The translations under genes and the position numbers were made by a program. Below, piece after piece: positions 1 to 9,421 of a stretch of 64,000 nucleotides of DNA. Source of the DNA: an uncultured Dehalococcoidia bacterium (GTDB lineage: Bacteria; Chloroflexota; Dehalococcoidia; DSTF01; RBG-16-68-14). The notes beneath the pieces are model-generated. The model worked only from the letters and a program-made list of their open reading frames with translations, ran no database searches and was not told the origin of the DNA. Location: NCBI GenBank assembly GCA_964406605.1, contig CAYOSF010000005.1, positions 34,076 through 98,075 on the forward strand. The letters run 5' to 3'. Every line of letters starts with the position of its first letter. Within the stretch, counting starts at the first letter, position 1.

Positions 1-294
1 GAGGCCGGCGCCGACCTGGTGATCGGGAACCATCCCCACTGGGTGGAGGCCGCCGAGTACATCGGCGATGCATTCGTGGCCTACGCGCTGGGCAACTTCG
101 TCTTCGACCAGGACTGGTCGGTGGAGACCCAGCAGGGCGCGGTACTGGACGTGGCCTTTCACGGCGCCGACCTGAAAGGCATTCGGTACTATCCGATCCG
201 CATCATCGACCAGCACCAGCCGACCTTTGCCGGACCGGAAGAAGCGCAAGAGATACTCGACCGCATATGGACGGCGAGCGCCGTTCTGGAGTAG
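1..294 (+). CDS. CapA-family (poly-gamma-glutamate synthesis / metallophosphatase-like) protein, C-terminal part; 5' end lies upstream of window
   Basis: Open frame from nt 1; motif ..GADLVIGNHPHWVE.. typical of CapA C-terminal region; stop at 292-294. Confidence 0.55.
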   Translation, partial: EAGADLVIGNHPHWVEAAEYIGDAFVAYALGNFVFDQDWSVETQQGAVLDVAFHGADLKGIRYYPIRIIDQHQPTFAGPEEAQEILDRIWTASAVLE

Positions 295-359
295 TCGCGC
301 GGCGGAAGGCACGCGGGTACCGATGATCCGCGAGGCGGCGCGCCGCACACTGTCAACAT

Positions 360-378
360 GCGCCGCACCATGCGGCGC
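360..378. terminator. GC-rich hairpin (8-bp stem gcgccgca/tgcggcgc, 3-nt loop) between convergent genes
   Basis: Inverted repeat read directly in sequence between CapA-like (+) end and SRPBCC (-) end; no U-tract. Confidence 0.25.
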
Positions 379-562
379 GTTCGACGCCCCCGCATTCGCC
401 GAGAAACCCACGAAGCGAGCGCCGGGGAGCTGATCGGGGAGCTATTCGAGACGTGCCAAGCCGAAGGAAGAGCAAGAGACGCCAGAGCGGAGTGTGCCCT
501 TCCTACGGCACCACTCCGCTCGGTGCTGCAAAGGGGGAGAGCGGGTCAGATCCCTGCCTCTC

Positions 563-1054
563 CTACGCGGCCGCCTGCAGTTCGACAAGAATCTGGTCAG
601 TTACTGCTTGACCAGTCTCGACGCGGTGCTTGAGGCCGCGGGTGGTCGACCAGACTGCCTCTGCGATCTGTGGCCTGGCGAAGAGCATGTCCATCAGCAT
701 GCCGAGGGGCCCCAACCTCAGCTCATACGAAAGCGTCAAGCTCACGATCGTGCCTTGACCGTTGGACGTCAGGTCGAAGCGGCCGAGTGCTCTCTTGAGC
801 GGGCCACCATTGTCGTAGATCTCAATCGTCATCGACCGGCCCTCATCCCAGTCGTCCACCCTTTCTTCCAGCCAGCCGCTGGGGTTCACCAAGTCGGAAT
901 GCCGGCTCGCTCCTATGCCGGTCCTCGCTTCTGAGGTGTACTTGGCCTCTGCAACCGCCGGGCTGTATTCCTGCACCGCCGAAAGGTCGGAAAGCACCGC
1001 CCATACCTTCTCCGCGGGCGCGTCGATCTGGACTGCACTGCTGACTTCTGTCAT
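563..1054 (-). CDS. SRPBCC (START/Bet v1/polyketide cyclase-dehydrase-like) family protein
   Basis: ORF 563..1084; likely start at internal Met (MTEVSSAVQIDAPAEKVWAVLSD..) preceded by GGGAGAG SD; sequence pattern typical of SRPBCC ligand-binding fold. Confidence 0.55.
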   Translation of the reverse strand: MTEVSSAVQIDAPAEKVWAVLSDLSAVQEYSPAVAEAKYTSEARTGIGASRHSDLVNPSGWLEERVDDWDEGRSMTIEIYDNGGPLKRALGRFDLTSNGQGTIVSLTLSYELRLGPLGMLMDMLFARPQIAEAVWSTTRGLKHRVETGQAVTDQILVELQAAA

Positions 1055-1084
1055 TTTGTCTCTCCCGGGCGTCTTCCCGCGCAA

Positions 1085-1381
1085 CTACGCCGCCCGGCCC
1101 CCGCGGTGCCCGTCGTCGATCCCGACCCTGACGGGGGCAACGACGTTGTCGTAATCGCGGCCGTACAGGCGCTCGTAGACGCGGTCTATGAAGCCGTCTA
1201 TCCCCTCGCGGTGCCCGACCAGTTCCTTGCGTCGCTTCTCCCAGAGCTTGTCGAGCTCCGTGGAGATGTCCTGGATTCGGTGACGGACGTCCGTGTCGCT
1301 GCTGCGGCCGTTGCCGGCGAGGCGGTAGAGCCCGGCCCGCTCGGCCGAGAGCTTGTTTATGAGGTCCATCGTTGTCTTCAT
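1085..1381 (-). CDS. DUF2630-family small protein
   Basis: MKTTMDLINKLSAERAGLYRL.. coiled-coil-like small protein; AAAGGAG SD 10 nt upstream of this Met; stop abuts SRPBCC gene. Confidence 0.45.
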   Translation of the reverse strand: MKTTMDLINKLSAERAGLYRLAGNGRSSDTDVRHRIQDISTELDKLWEKRRKELVGHREGIDGFIDRVYERLYGRDYDNVVAPVRVGIDDGHRGGRAA

Positions 1382-1620
1382 TACCCAGCGCTCCTTTCCT
1401 GGATTCGCTGCTGGAAGGAGGCTCCGTATCATCGTTCCGGGCCTCTCTCCCGTGCCCCCGTGGGGTATCTGAGCACATAGTAAGAATTCGCGCTGAGGCT
1501 GACGGTGATCGAGATCACCAAACTGGCCGGAATGGGAGATTTTTGATTGTTTTGCTCAGGAAATGCGCTCCGGCCCACTCGCGCACGTATCTGGCCTGGC
1601 AGGTAGAGGGTGGCGGGCGA

Positions 1621-2124
1621 TCAGGCGCGGCGACCGCGAGGAGGACCGTGCTCCCGCCAGGCGCGCAGGATGGCGGCGTCATGGTGGAAGGCCAGAGGCG
1701 GGAGCGCGTCCGGGGGGAAGAAGCGCACGTCCTGGCATTCGCTGCCGACCTGGATGCGGCCGCTCGTGACGCGGGCGGCGTAGGCGATGAAGACTACTCG
1801 AACGCCTCTGCGTGAGTATGCTCCCAGCAGGCGCGTGATGCGCACGTCCAGACCGGTCTCTTCCTTCGCCTCGCGTATGGCGGCCTCCTCCAGCACCTCG
1901 CCGACATCCACGTAGCCGGAGGGAAAGGACCATGCTCCTATGTGCGGCTCGATGTTGCGGCGCACGAGGAGGAGCCGACCGCGGCGTTGGGCAAGGATCC
2001 CGACTGCCACCTTGGGGTCGTCGAAGTGGACATAACGGCATTCCGGGCAGACCATGCGCCTGCGTCCGAACGCCACGCGGCGGCGGAGCTTGGTTCCACA
2101 CTGAGGGCAGTATCGAGCGGACAA
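1621..2124 (-). CDS. NUDIX hydrolase with N-terminal zinc-ribbon (CPQC..CPEC)
   Basis: Nudix box GYVDVGEVLEEAAIREAKEETGL; two CxxC pairs at N-terminus. Confidence 0.65.
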   Translation of the reverse strand: MSARYCPQCGTKLRRRVAFGRRRMVCPECRYVHFDDPKVAVGILAQRRGRLLLVRRNIEPHIGAWSFPSGYVDVGEVLEEAAIREAKEETGLDVRITRLLGAYSRRGVRVVFIAYAARVTSGRIQVGSECQDVRFFPPDALPPLAFHHDAAILRAWREHGPPRGRRA

Positions 2125-2137
2125 GGGCCCGGAACAG

Positions 2138-2893
2138 CTAGCGGAAGAACACCACCCGCCGGAAGCGCTCCATGTAGCGGCCGTCCCTGTCCTTCCAGCG
2201 GTCCAGCACGCGCTCGACGAAATCCTCCCGCTGGCCGAACTGGCTGGTGTGGCAGAGCAGGGCTTTGATCTTCGTCTGGACGACGTCGCTGACGTCGACG
2301 GAGAAGGTCGGCTGGTCGGAGCCCCAGATGAAGATCTCCCTCACCCTGTGCGGCTCCAGCCCTTCCTCCAGGTGCTCGGGGAAGTTCCAGCGGTCGCGGG
2401 CGGCGGGATACACGGCGTCGACGGCGATGAGGCCCGCGGCGCGGTGGTCCGAGTGGTTGACGAAGCTGTTGCGAACGATGATCTGGGTCGGGTCGTGAGT
2501 GAAGACGGCGTAGGGCTTGACCTGCCGGATGACGCGCACTACGTCGCCCAGGAGCTGGCGGCCGTAGGCCAACTCGCCGTCGACGTACCCGTTCAGGAAG
2601 AAGACGTCCTTCAGCCCCAACACCTCACCAGCGGCCCGCTGCTCCCGCCGGCGCATGGGCACCAGGCGGTCGGCGGTGAGTGATGGGTCGTCGGTGCCCT
2701 TGGAGCCGTCCGTGCAGATCAGGTAGTAGAACTCCCAGCCCTGCTGCGACCAGAGGTGGGCCGTGCCCGAGCAGCCGAAGTCGGGGTCGTCCGGGTGGGC
2801 GGCGATGGCGAGAGCGACCTTTGGGTGGTCGCCGGTGTCGGGCGGCCCTTCGGGCACAGGTTCTGAGTAGGTCTCCTCCAGGTTCGATGTCAC
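2138..2893 (-). CDS. PIG-L/LmbE family N-acetylglucosaminyl deacetylase-like protein
   Basis: AHPDDPDFGCSGT motif (HPDDE-type) and overall LmbE-like pattern. Confidence 0.6.
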   Translation of the reverse strand: MTSNLEETYSEPVPEGPPDTGDHPKVALAIAAHPDDPDFGCSGTAHLWSQQGWEFYYLICTDGSKGTDDPSLTADRLVPMRRREQRAAGEVLGLKDVFFLNGYVDGELAYGRQLLGDVVRVIRQVKPYAVFTHDPTQIIVRNSFVNHSDHRAAGLIAVDAVYPAARDRWNFPEHLEEGLEPHRVREIFIWGSDQPTFSVDVSDVVQTKIKALLCHTSQFGQREDFVERVLDRWKDRDGRYMERFRRVVFFR

Positions 2894-2949
2894 GTAGCAC
2901 CTCGGTGAGGGGGATATCAGAGTATTCTAGCACGAAGGCTGCCGTGGGG

Positions 2950-3279
2950 TGGTGTGGGGCGCGGTGGCGGCAGTCCGGCCGCTGACGCGCCCTCTTCTTT
3001 CCGAGGCGGCGCTCCGTCGCCTCCACCTCCGGCGCCGGGCCGCCCGGCAGGCCCGACGTCAGGGCCCTCATGCAGCCGATACAGCGCTCGATGGCCCGGG
3101 GCTCCCCGGGGAACGTCTCCTTGAGGCGGCTCTCGTAGTTCTCCCAGAAGAGCGTCCGGAGACCGGCCTTGGACACGAGCACCACCGGTACCAGGCCGCC
3201 CATGCCGGAGCCGATGACGTCGCACCGTTCCTCATTCGTGCTCTGTCCTCCCAGCGGCGCCGACGCCGCGCCCCTTCGG
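2950..3279 (-). pseudogene. possible remnant of FAD/NAD(P)-binding oxidoreductase N-terminus (FixC/geranylgeranyl-reductase-like)
   Basis: Minus-strand frame immediately after ferredoxin-like gene stop reads ..ERCDVIGSGMGGLVPVVLVSKAGLRTLFWE.., a degenerate GxGxxG dinucleotide-binding motif; frame then runs on into the PIG-L gene without a recognisable domain. Confidence 0.25.
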
Positions 3280-4389
3280 CTAGTGCGTGTGGACGGCGTG
3301 GGTCTTGCCCAGGGCGCTCACGAACTCGTTGTAGTCGAGGTAGGGAGTATAGACTTCGTCGCTCCGCTTCTCGAAGCGGATCGCCTCCGGCGGGCACTCG
3401 TTGATGCAGACGCCGCAGCCGAGGCAGCGTTCGTAGTCCACCTTGGCGAGGTGGTCCTCGACCGTGATGGCGAGCATGGGGCAGACCGGTTCGCAGGCGG
3501 CGCAGCCGTCGCAGAGGTGCTCGTCGATCACGGACCAGTAGCTGGACGGCGCGATGGCGTGGGGGATGTCGAGCTCTGAGGCGCCGCGAAGCAGGAAGCA
3601 GGCGTCGGCGCAGCAGTTGCAGATGAACCAGGAGTCCTCCTTGAAGTTCATGGTCATGTGGACCAGGCCGGCCTTCTCGGCGCGATTGAGGGCGTCGACC
3701 GCTTCGTCCGTGGATACGAGCCGGCCCTGGAGCGTGCCGACGGCGTGCTTGGGATCGTGAACGGGGGTGCCGGGGATGTTACCGCCGGCCATGCCCAGGC
3801 CGAGCCCGAGGCAGACGTTGAGCGGGTGGTCGCAGGCGTGAACCGCCCGGCGGCACTGGCAGTCGACGAGGGCGGCGATGGGCGTCTGCTCGATGAGCTT
3901 GAGCGCGTCCTCGTACGGAAGGACCTGCTCCTTGGGCGGACCGACGGCGGGCAGCACGCGGGCGGGAGGTATGCCATGCGCGTGGACCTCTCGGCCCCAA
4001 CCTTCATGGAAGTACTTCTCGAACAGGTCCCCTAGCTTGTCCAGATCGGGCGAGGGTGCCCGGTTGACGTAGACGATCTCGAAGAGGCCGGGGGCGAAGA
4101 GCGGCAGGCGGAAGACCCGGACGCCGTCCGGCCGCTTGACGCCGCGGATGAGGTCGCGCGAGGCCATGCGGGTGAGGAGCTCGGCGGCGTCCTCGGGCGA
4201 CATGCCGGCGCGCTCGGCGATGACCTCCTCGGGCTCGGGCAGGTAGTCGATGCTGGCCGCGAGATGGGCCTCGTCCGGCTCGAAGAGCATCCTAAGGATC
4301 TCGACCTGGGTTTCCGTGACGGGCGCGCCGATGGCGCCTTTCGAGAACGTTGTGCCCAGCTCGACGTACGGCTTGTCCTCAGGCTTCAT
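3280..4389 (-). CDS. 4Fe-4S dicluster ferredoxin-domain protein with N-terminal winged-helix-like domain, paralog B
   Basis: Two CxxCxxCxxxCP motifs (CDGCAACEPVCP, CLGCGVCINECP) plus FICNCCADAC; start at MKPEDKPY with GGGAGG SD; track ORF 3280..5247 is an upstream over-extension. Confidence 0.7.
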   Translation of the reverse strand: MKPEDKPYVELGTTFSKGAIGAPVTETQVEILRMLFEPDEAHLAASIDYLPEPEEVIAERAGMSPEDAAELLTRMASRDLIRGVKRPDGVRVFRLPLFAPGLFEIVYVNRAPSPDLDKLGDLFEKYFHEGWGREVHAHGIPPARVLPAVGPPKEQVLPYEDALKLIEQTPIAALVDCQCRRAVHACDHPLNVCLGLGLGMAGGNIPGTPVHDPKHAVGTLQGRLVSTDEAVDALNRAEKAGLVHMTMNFKEDSWFICNCCADACFLLRGASELDIPHAIAPSSYWSVIDEHLCDGCAACEPVCPMLAITVEDHLAKVDYERCLGCGVCINECPPEAIRFEKRSDEVYTPYLDYNEFVSALGKTHAVHTH

Positions 4390-4535
4390 GGCGATCCTCC
4401 CTCGATACGGCGGCATCAGTTGCGGCGACCGGGACGTCGGGTCATTGTATCGGGGGCCGGTAGCCGCGACAACGTGTCGAATGGCTAGCTGGACCGGGTG
4501 TCTTGCGCGAGGAGCTTGCCGCCGCGTTGCTCGGG

Positions 4536-5636
4536 CTAGTGCGCGTGGACGGCGTGGGTCTTGCCCCTGGCGATCACAAGCTCGTTGTAGTCGAGGAACG
4601 GCGTGTAGATCTCGTTGCCCCGCTGCTCGAAACGGATGGCGTCGGTTGGGCACTCGTTGATGCAGACGCCGCAGCCGAGGCAGCGTTCGTAGTCCACCTT
4701 GGCGAGGTGGTCCTCGATGGTGATGGCGAGCATGGGGCAGACGGGCTCGCAGGCGGCGCAACCGTCGCAGAGGTCCTCGTCGATCACGGACCAGTAGCTG
4801 GACGGCGCAACGGCGTGAGGGATGTCGAGCGCTGAGGCGCCGCGCAGCAGGATACAGGCGTCGGCGCAACAGTTGCAGATGAACCAGGGGTTCCGCTCGA
4901 AATTCATGGTGACGTGGACCAACCCGGCCTTCTCCGCGCGCTTGAGGGCGTCCACGGCTTCGTCCGCCGAAACCCGGCGGCTCTGGGGCGTGCCGACGAC
5001 GTACTTCGGGTCGCGGACCGGCGTGGATTCGCCGCCGCCCGCCATGCCGAGGCTGATGCACACGTCGTTTGGGTGGTCGCATTTGCGCACGGCCTGGCGG
5101 CACTGGCAGTCGATGAGCATGGTGAAATCGGCGTCCTCGACCAGCTTGACCGCGTCCTCGTGCGTGACGACCTTCTCCTTGGGAGGGCCGACGGCGGGTA
5201 GAACGCGGGCCATGGGCGCCCCTGCACCGTGCATCTCCTGACCCCACCCTTCGTGGAAGTATCTGTCGAAGAGGTCGCCCAGCTTCTCCAGGTCGGATGA
5301 GGGCACGCGGTTGATGTAGACGATCTCGAAGAGGCCGGGGGCGAAGAGGGGCAGCCGGAAGACCCGGACGCCGTCCGGCCGCTTGACGCCGTGGATGAGG
5401 TCGCGCGAGGCCATCCGGGTGAGGAGATCGGCGGCATCCTCGGGCGACATGCCGGCGCGCTCAGCGATGGCCTCCTCGGGCTCGGGCAGGAAGTCGATGC
5501 TGGCGGCGAGATGGGCCTCTTCCGGCTCGAAGAGCATCCTGAGGATCTCGATCTGGGTGTCGGTGACGGGCGCGCCGATGGCGCCCTTGGAGAAGGTAGT
5601 GCCAAGCTCGACGTAGGGTCTGTCCTCAGGCTTCAT
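4536..5636 (-). CDS. 4Fe-4S dicluster ferredoxin-domain protein, paralog A (about 80% aa identity to paralog B)
   Basis: Same domain architecture; start MKPEDRPY with AGGAAGG SD 7 nt upstream. Confidence 0.7.
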   Translation of the reverse strand: MKPEDRPYVELGTTFSKGAIGAPVTDTQIEILRMLFEPEEAHLAASIDFLPEPEEAIAERAGMSPEDAADLLTRMASRDLIHGVKRPDGVRVFRLPLFAPGLFEIVYINRVPSSDLEKLGDLFDRYFHEGWGQEMHGAGAPMARVLPAVGPPKEKVVTHEDAVKLVEDADFTMLIDCQCRQAVRKCDHPNDVCISLGMAGGGESTPVRDPKYVVGTPQSRRVSADEAVDALKRAEKAGLVHVTMNFERNPWFICNCCADACILLRGASALDIPHAVAPSSYWSVIDEDLCDGCAACEPVCPMLAITIEDHLAKVDYERCLGCGVCINECPTDAIRFEQRGNEIYTPFLDYNELVIARGKTHAVHAH

Positions 5637-5768
5637 GCGCATCCTTCCTGCGTGACCCGCGCTGGTCCACTGGCTCTCAAGACTGGGTCATTCTAGCGGC
5701 GGGCGGCAGAGCCGACAACGCGGCGGATTGGACGGTCCGAGTGAGCGCAGTCGCGGGGGGATACCGGA

Positions 5769-6293
5769 TCAAGACCGATATCGTTTGATCTGCGCTTCCC
5801 GCTGGACGGCGATCTGTTCCGCGCTGCGTCCGTAGATGTGCGGGACGTCCCAACCGTTGAGCCCGGCGTAGGTATCGAGCTGGCTCCGATGGTGGATGTC
5901 GTGCTCTAGCATCATCATGAGGATGCGCCAGCCGGAAAGCGTGCCCTCCGTGTCGATCATCTGGACCTTGCGGTCGAGCCATTCGTCCGGCGTGCCCTCG
6001 ATCTGGCGGTGGAACTCGCGTGCGCTCTCCTCGATGGCGGGCACCCACTTGGTGCGCGAACTCACGTCCGGTCCCGGCGGGAAGATCCAGCCCTCGCCGC
6101 GATAGGCGCTGGCGAGGTAGAGGCGCGAAACGGCGATGTGGCCGACGATCTGGTTGATGCTCCAGGCATTCTCACCCTCGCCAGCGGGAGGCGTCCAGCC
6201 GTCCGCTTCGGGAGGCAGGGCACCGACGTCCCGGACGGCCCGACGGTTGACGGCGTCGAAGTACTTCAGAAAGGCATCAATCGATTTGAACAC
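5769..6293 (-). CDS. DinB/YfiT-like (DinB_2) family protein
   Basis: Four-helix-bundle DinB-like pattern with conserved His (..QIVGHIAVS.., ..EHDIHHRSQL..). Confidence 0.55.
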   Translation of the reverse strand: MFKSIDAFLKYFDAVNRRAVRDVGALPPEADGWTPPAGEGENAWSINQIVGHIAVSRLYLASAYRGEGWIFPPGPDVSSRTKWVPAIEESAREFHRQIEGTPDEWLDRKVQMIDTEGTLSGWRILMMMLEHDIHHRSQLDTYAGLNGWDVPHIYGRSAEQIAVQREAQIKRYRS

Positions 6294-6404
6294 GTGGATC
6301 TCCTCCTATGCATGCGAGGGGGCGGCATGGGCGCGTCGCGGACATCCCGGCGCGGCACCTCGTATCCTTCGACCAGGCGTGGCACGGAAACCAGGTCCAC
6401 ACAC

Positions 6405-7202
6405 TCAAACCTTCCGCGCAACGAAGATCAGCTCGCCCGGATACTTGGAGCCGTACGGGCTCCCGTCGAAGTCCGCGTAGAACTGCTCCACCGCAAAGCC
6501 GGAACGGGCAAGGAGATGTTCCGCCTCGAAGCGGAAGAGATATCGGAAGGGGAAGGCGTGCACAACTCGCTCCTCACGTCCGTCGGGGTAGGTGACGTAG
6601 TAGATCATCTCAATGTGCTGAACCTGGGCGAACAGGTCACGAGACGCCACGCGGTCCTTGCGGGCGACCTTTCGACCATCCGGCATCGTGAACGGCTCTC
6701 CAATGGATTGCTCCTCCAGCCGCCCTTCGTCGACCAGCCATTCTAGGCGTGGATCGAACAGATCGAGGGCCAGCCGGCCGCCGTCGCTGAGGTGGCTGTG
6801 AACGCACGCGAGGCACGACGATTGATCTTCGACGGTTATCAGGTGCAGGAACACCCGAAAGGGCAGCGTGACGAGGTTGAAGGTCCGACCGAGATCGAAA
6901 CCTCGCATGTCTCCAGGCACCAGCTCGACTCTCGACCGCACTTCCGGCGGCTCGTGCAGCAGCTTGTCCGCGCAGATCGATGTCATGCTCTCCGAGTTGT
7001 CCAGGCCGACTATCTCGATCCCCGCCCGCGCCGTCGGAATCAGGATGCGGCCGGTCCCGCAGCCGATTTCCAGCACGGGTCCGCCGGATTCGCGCGCCAA
7101 GTCCACGTAGAAGTCCACATCCTGCCGCCCGGCATAGGGCTGGAGGTGGTCGTAGAACTCTGCGACAGCGACTCGCTCGTCATGTGGTCCTGAGTTGTCC
7201 AT
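6405..7202 (-). CDS. class I SAM-dependent methyltransferase
   Basis: Motif I VLEIGCGTGRILIPTA, motif II-like VGLDNSESM. Confidence 0.65.
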   Translation of the reverse strand: MDNSGPHDERVAVAEFYDHLQPYAGRQDVDFYVDLARESGGPVLEIGCGTGRILIPTARAGIEIVGLDNSESMTSICADKLLHEPPEVRSRVELVPGDMRGFDLGRTFNLVTLPFRVFLHLITVEDQSSCLACVHSHLSDGGRLALDLFDPRLEWLVDEGRLEEQSIGEPFTMPDGRKVARKDRVASRDLFAQVQHIEMIYYVTYPDGREERVVHAFPFRYLFRFEAEHLLARSGFAVEQFYADFDGSPYGSKYPGELIFVARKV

Positions 7203-7249
7203 GTCCTAGTCTCCAGATGGCGCTGCCCGACCTGAGTGGGCAGGCCCTG

Positions 7250-8590
7250 CTATCCCTCGCTCGGTGGCTGCTTGCGCCGCTCCCAGTCGTCCTGGAGGGC
7301 GAGGGCCCGGCGGATGCCCTGCACCATCACGAACCGCAACGGCTCCGGCGGAAGCGGGATCACACGCCGGTTGACGAAGAAGAGATCGGTCAGCTCCGTC
7401 TCGTCCTCCCGCACCAGGTCTCGCAGGACCCGCCCGGCCATGTTGGTGAGCGCCACGCCCTGCCCCACGCAGCCCAAGCTGTAGACGAGACGCCGGTCCC
7501 TGCCCAGGTAGCCCATCGCGGGGAAGAAGTCGACGGGGACCGAAACCGGCCCGCCCCACCGATGGGTGATGCGGGCGCCGGCCAGGCTGGGGAAGATCTC
7601 CACGAGGGAGCGCTCCAGCCGCTCGAAGGTTGGCTGGTGCCGGTCGGCGTCCACCCGTCCACCGTAGTAGTACACGGTGCCTTCCCCGCCGAAGACCAGG
7701 CGGTTGTCGACCGTCAGCCGGTAGTAGCGGATCAGGTTGCGGGCGTCGCCGATTCCCTGGCGGTGCTGCCAGCCGATGGGCGACAACTGCTCCGGCGTGA
7801 GCGGCTCGGTGAGGACGACGTAGGTGAACATCGGGAGGGCCTTGGAGTGAAGCCGAGGGAAGTGCTGCGTGTAGGCGTTGGTGGCGAAGACCACTTTCTC
7901 GGCCGCGACGCTGCCCAGGGGCGTCTCCAGCCTGATCCGGGGCTTGAGATGGACCGCCTCCACGGGTGTGTTCTCGTAGATCACCGCGCCGACGCCCTCG
8001 GCGAGGTCTTTCAGGCCGCGCACCAGCTTGACGGGGTTGAGCAGGGCGCACTCCTGCTCCGCTTTGGCGCCCAGGTAGACGGGAGAGTTGACCTCGGCCC
8101 GCAGCTCCTGCTCGTCCAGCCAGCGCACCCCTTCGACACCCAGCTCCTCCGCAAACCGGATTTCGTCCTGCAGCCGGTCGACCTGGGCCGGGTTGGTGGC
8201 GACGGTGAGCTCGCCGTTCTTCTCATAGTCGCAGTCGATGCCCTGCTGCTCGACTAGCTCCCCGACGTGCCTGACGGCGCGCACCGCGAAGTCGTGGGCC
8301 TTGCGCGCGTTCTCCTTGCCGAACCGCCTCGCGGTGGTCTTGAGCGTCAGGCCCATGAGCGTCGTCACGAAGCCTGCGTTCCGCCCGCTGGCGCCGTAGC
8401 CGACGACGTTCGACTCGAGCACGACCACCCGTAACGACGGATCGGCCTGACGCAGGTGCCACGCCGTGGACAGCCCGGTGAACCCCGCGCCCACAATGGC
8501 CACGTCGGCGCGGATATCCTCCTCAAGATTCCGGTTCTCCTGATAGGGCGCGGCCCCTAGCCAGAAGCTCTTGGACGTCCAGTCATCCAT
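7250..8590 (-). CDS. FAD-dependent oxidoreductase (DAO family, amino-/gamma-glutamylamine oxidase-like)
   Basis: N-terminal DVAIVGAGFTGLSTAW Rossmann motif; about 446 aa DAO-like. Confidence 0.65.
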   Translation of the reverse strand: MDDWTSKSFWLGAAPYQENRNLEEDIRADVAIVGAGFTGLSTAWHLRQADPSLRVVVLESNVVGYGASGRNAGFVTTLMGLTLKTTARRFGKENARKAHDFAVRAVRHVGELVEQQGIDCDYEKNGELTVATNPAQVDRLQDEIRFAEELGVEGVRWLDEQELRAEVNSPVYLGAKAEQECALLNPVKLVRGLKDLAEGVGAVIYENTPVEAVHLKPRIRLETPLGSVAAEKVVFATNAYTQHFPRLHSKALPMFTYVVLTEPLTPEQLSPIGWQHRQGIGDARNLIRYYRLTVDNRLVFGGEGTVYYYGGRVDADRHQPTFERLERSLVEIFPSLAGARITHRWGGPVSVPVDFFPAMGYLGRDRRLVYSLGCVGQGVALTNMAGRVLRDLVREDETELTDLFFVNRRVIPLPPEPLRFVMVQGIRRALALQDDWERRKQPPSEG

Positions 8591-8696
8591 CTGCTCCGCC
8601 TCCTATCTCCAGTACTGAGCGAGCGATGCTTGCGGTCTTGGCATGAGTGTACAGGATGCGCGGCGCGGCGATTATTGGCGTGCGTCCGCAAGGCTA

Positions 8697-9263
8697 CTAC
8701 CTGCGGAACTCGTCTTCCAGGATGCCGTAGATGACCGTATCCACCCACCGGCCATCGACTACGTCGGACTGGCGCATGACGCCCTCCTGGACGAAGCCCA
8801 GCTTCTCGTAGACGTGCCTCGCGCGTGCGTTGTAATCGAACGTCCCGAGCCAGACGCGGTGGAGGCCGACGGCGTCGAAGAGGAATCCGAGGAAGGCGCG
8901 GATCGCGTCGGTGCCGTAGCCGTGGTCGCGGTGGCTCGGCTCACCGATGACGATATCGATGTCCGTGCAGCGGTGTGCGGTGTCCAGCCGGTTGTAGTTG
9001 ATTGCGCCGATGGGGCGGCCGTCGGCCTCGATGGTGAAGAAGCGGCCGCGCTCGGGCTGCGAGCCGTCGAAGCAATGGGGCTCATAGTGCCCAAGGAACT
9101 CATCGTAATCTTCGATCCCGCTGCCCCAGAAGGGCCGGACCTCAGGGTCGAGGCTCCATTCGTGGAGCATGGGAACCTCGTCCAGCCTCATCGGGCGGAG
9201 ACGAACCCTCTCGCCCCGTATGTCGGCCGACTCGATGGAGCCTAAGCGAACGGGCAGTTCCAT
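8697..9263 (-). CDS. GNAT family N-acetyltransferase (RimL/RimJ-like)
   Basis: Acetyl-CoA motif ..HRDHGYGTDAIRAFLGFLF.. Confidence 0.6.
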   Translation of the reverse strand: MELPVRLGSIESADIRGERVRLRPMRLDEVPMLHEWSLDPEVRPFWGSGIEDYDEFLGHYEPHCFDGSQPERGRFFTIEADGRPIGAINYNRLDTAHRCTDIDIVIGEPSHRDHGYGTDAIRAFLGFLFDAVGLHRVWLGTFDYNARARHVYEKLGFVQEGVMRQSDVVDGRWVDTVIYGILEDEFRR

Positions 9264-9421
9264 GGCAGCCCCATCCTACACCATCGAGGGCGCCGTTTGA
9301 ACGCGCCGGATCGCCAGACGGCTGGTCGACGGAGGGGTGCCGGAACAGGGCAAGCCGCAACCGGCGAGATCGACTACGATGATGCGGTGGACCATGACAT
9401 GGCCGGCAGGCCCAGCGCGGA

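Larger units (their letters stand above)
3280..5636. repeat. tandem direct duplication (~1.1 kb units) of ferredoxin-domain gene
   Basis: Near-identical nucleotide stretches at both gene 3' ends (ctagtgcgtgtggacggcgtgggtcttgccc..) and collinear protein similarity throughout. Confidence 0.7.

Noticed and set aside
4390-5247. Upstream extension of ORF 3280..5247 (655 aa)
   Set aside because: Extension overlaps paralog A in another frame and is Arg/Pro-rich; homologous start MKPEDKPY with SD defines the real gene.
6980-8257. 425-aa plus-strand ORF antisense to the FAD oxidoreductase
   Set aside because: Antisense shadow ORF with low-complexity composition.
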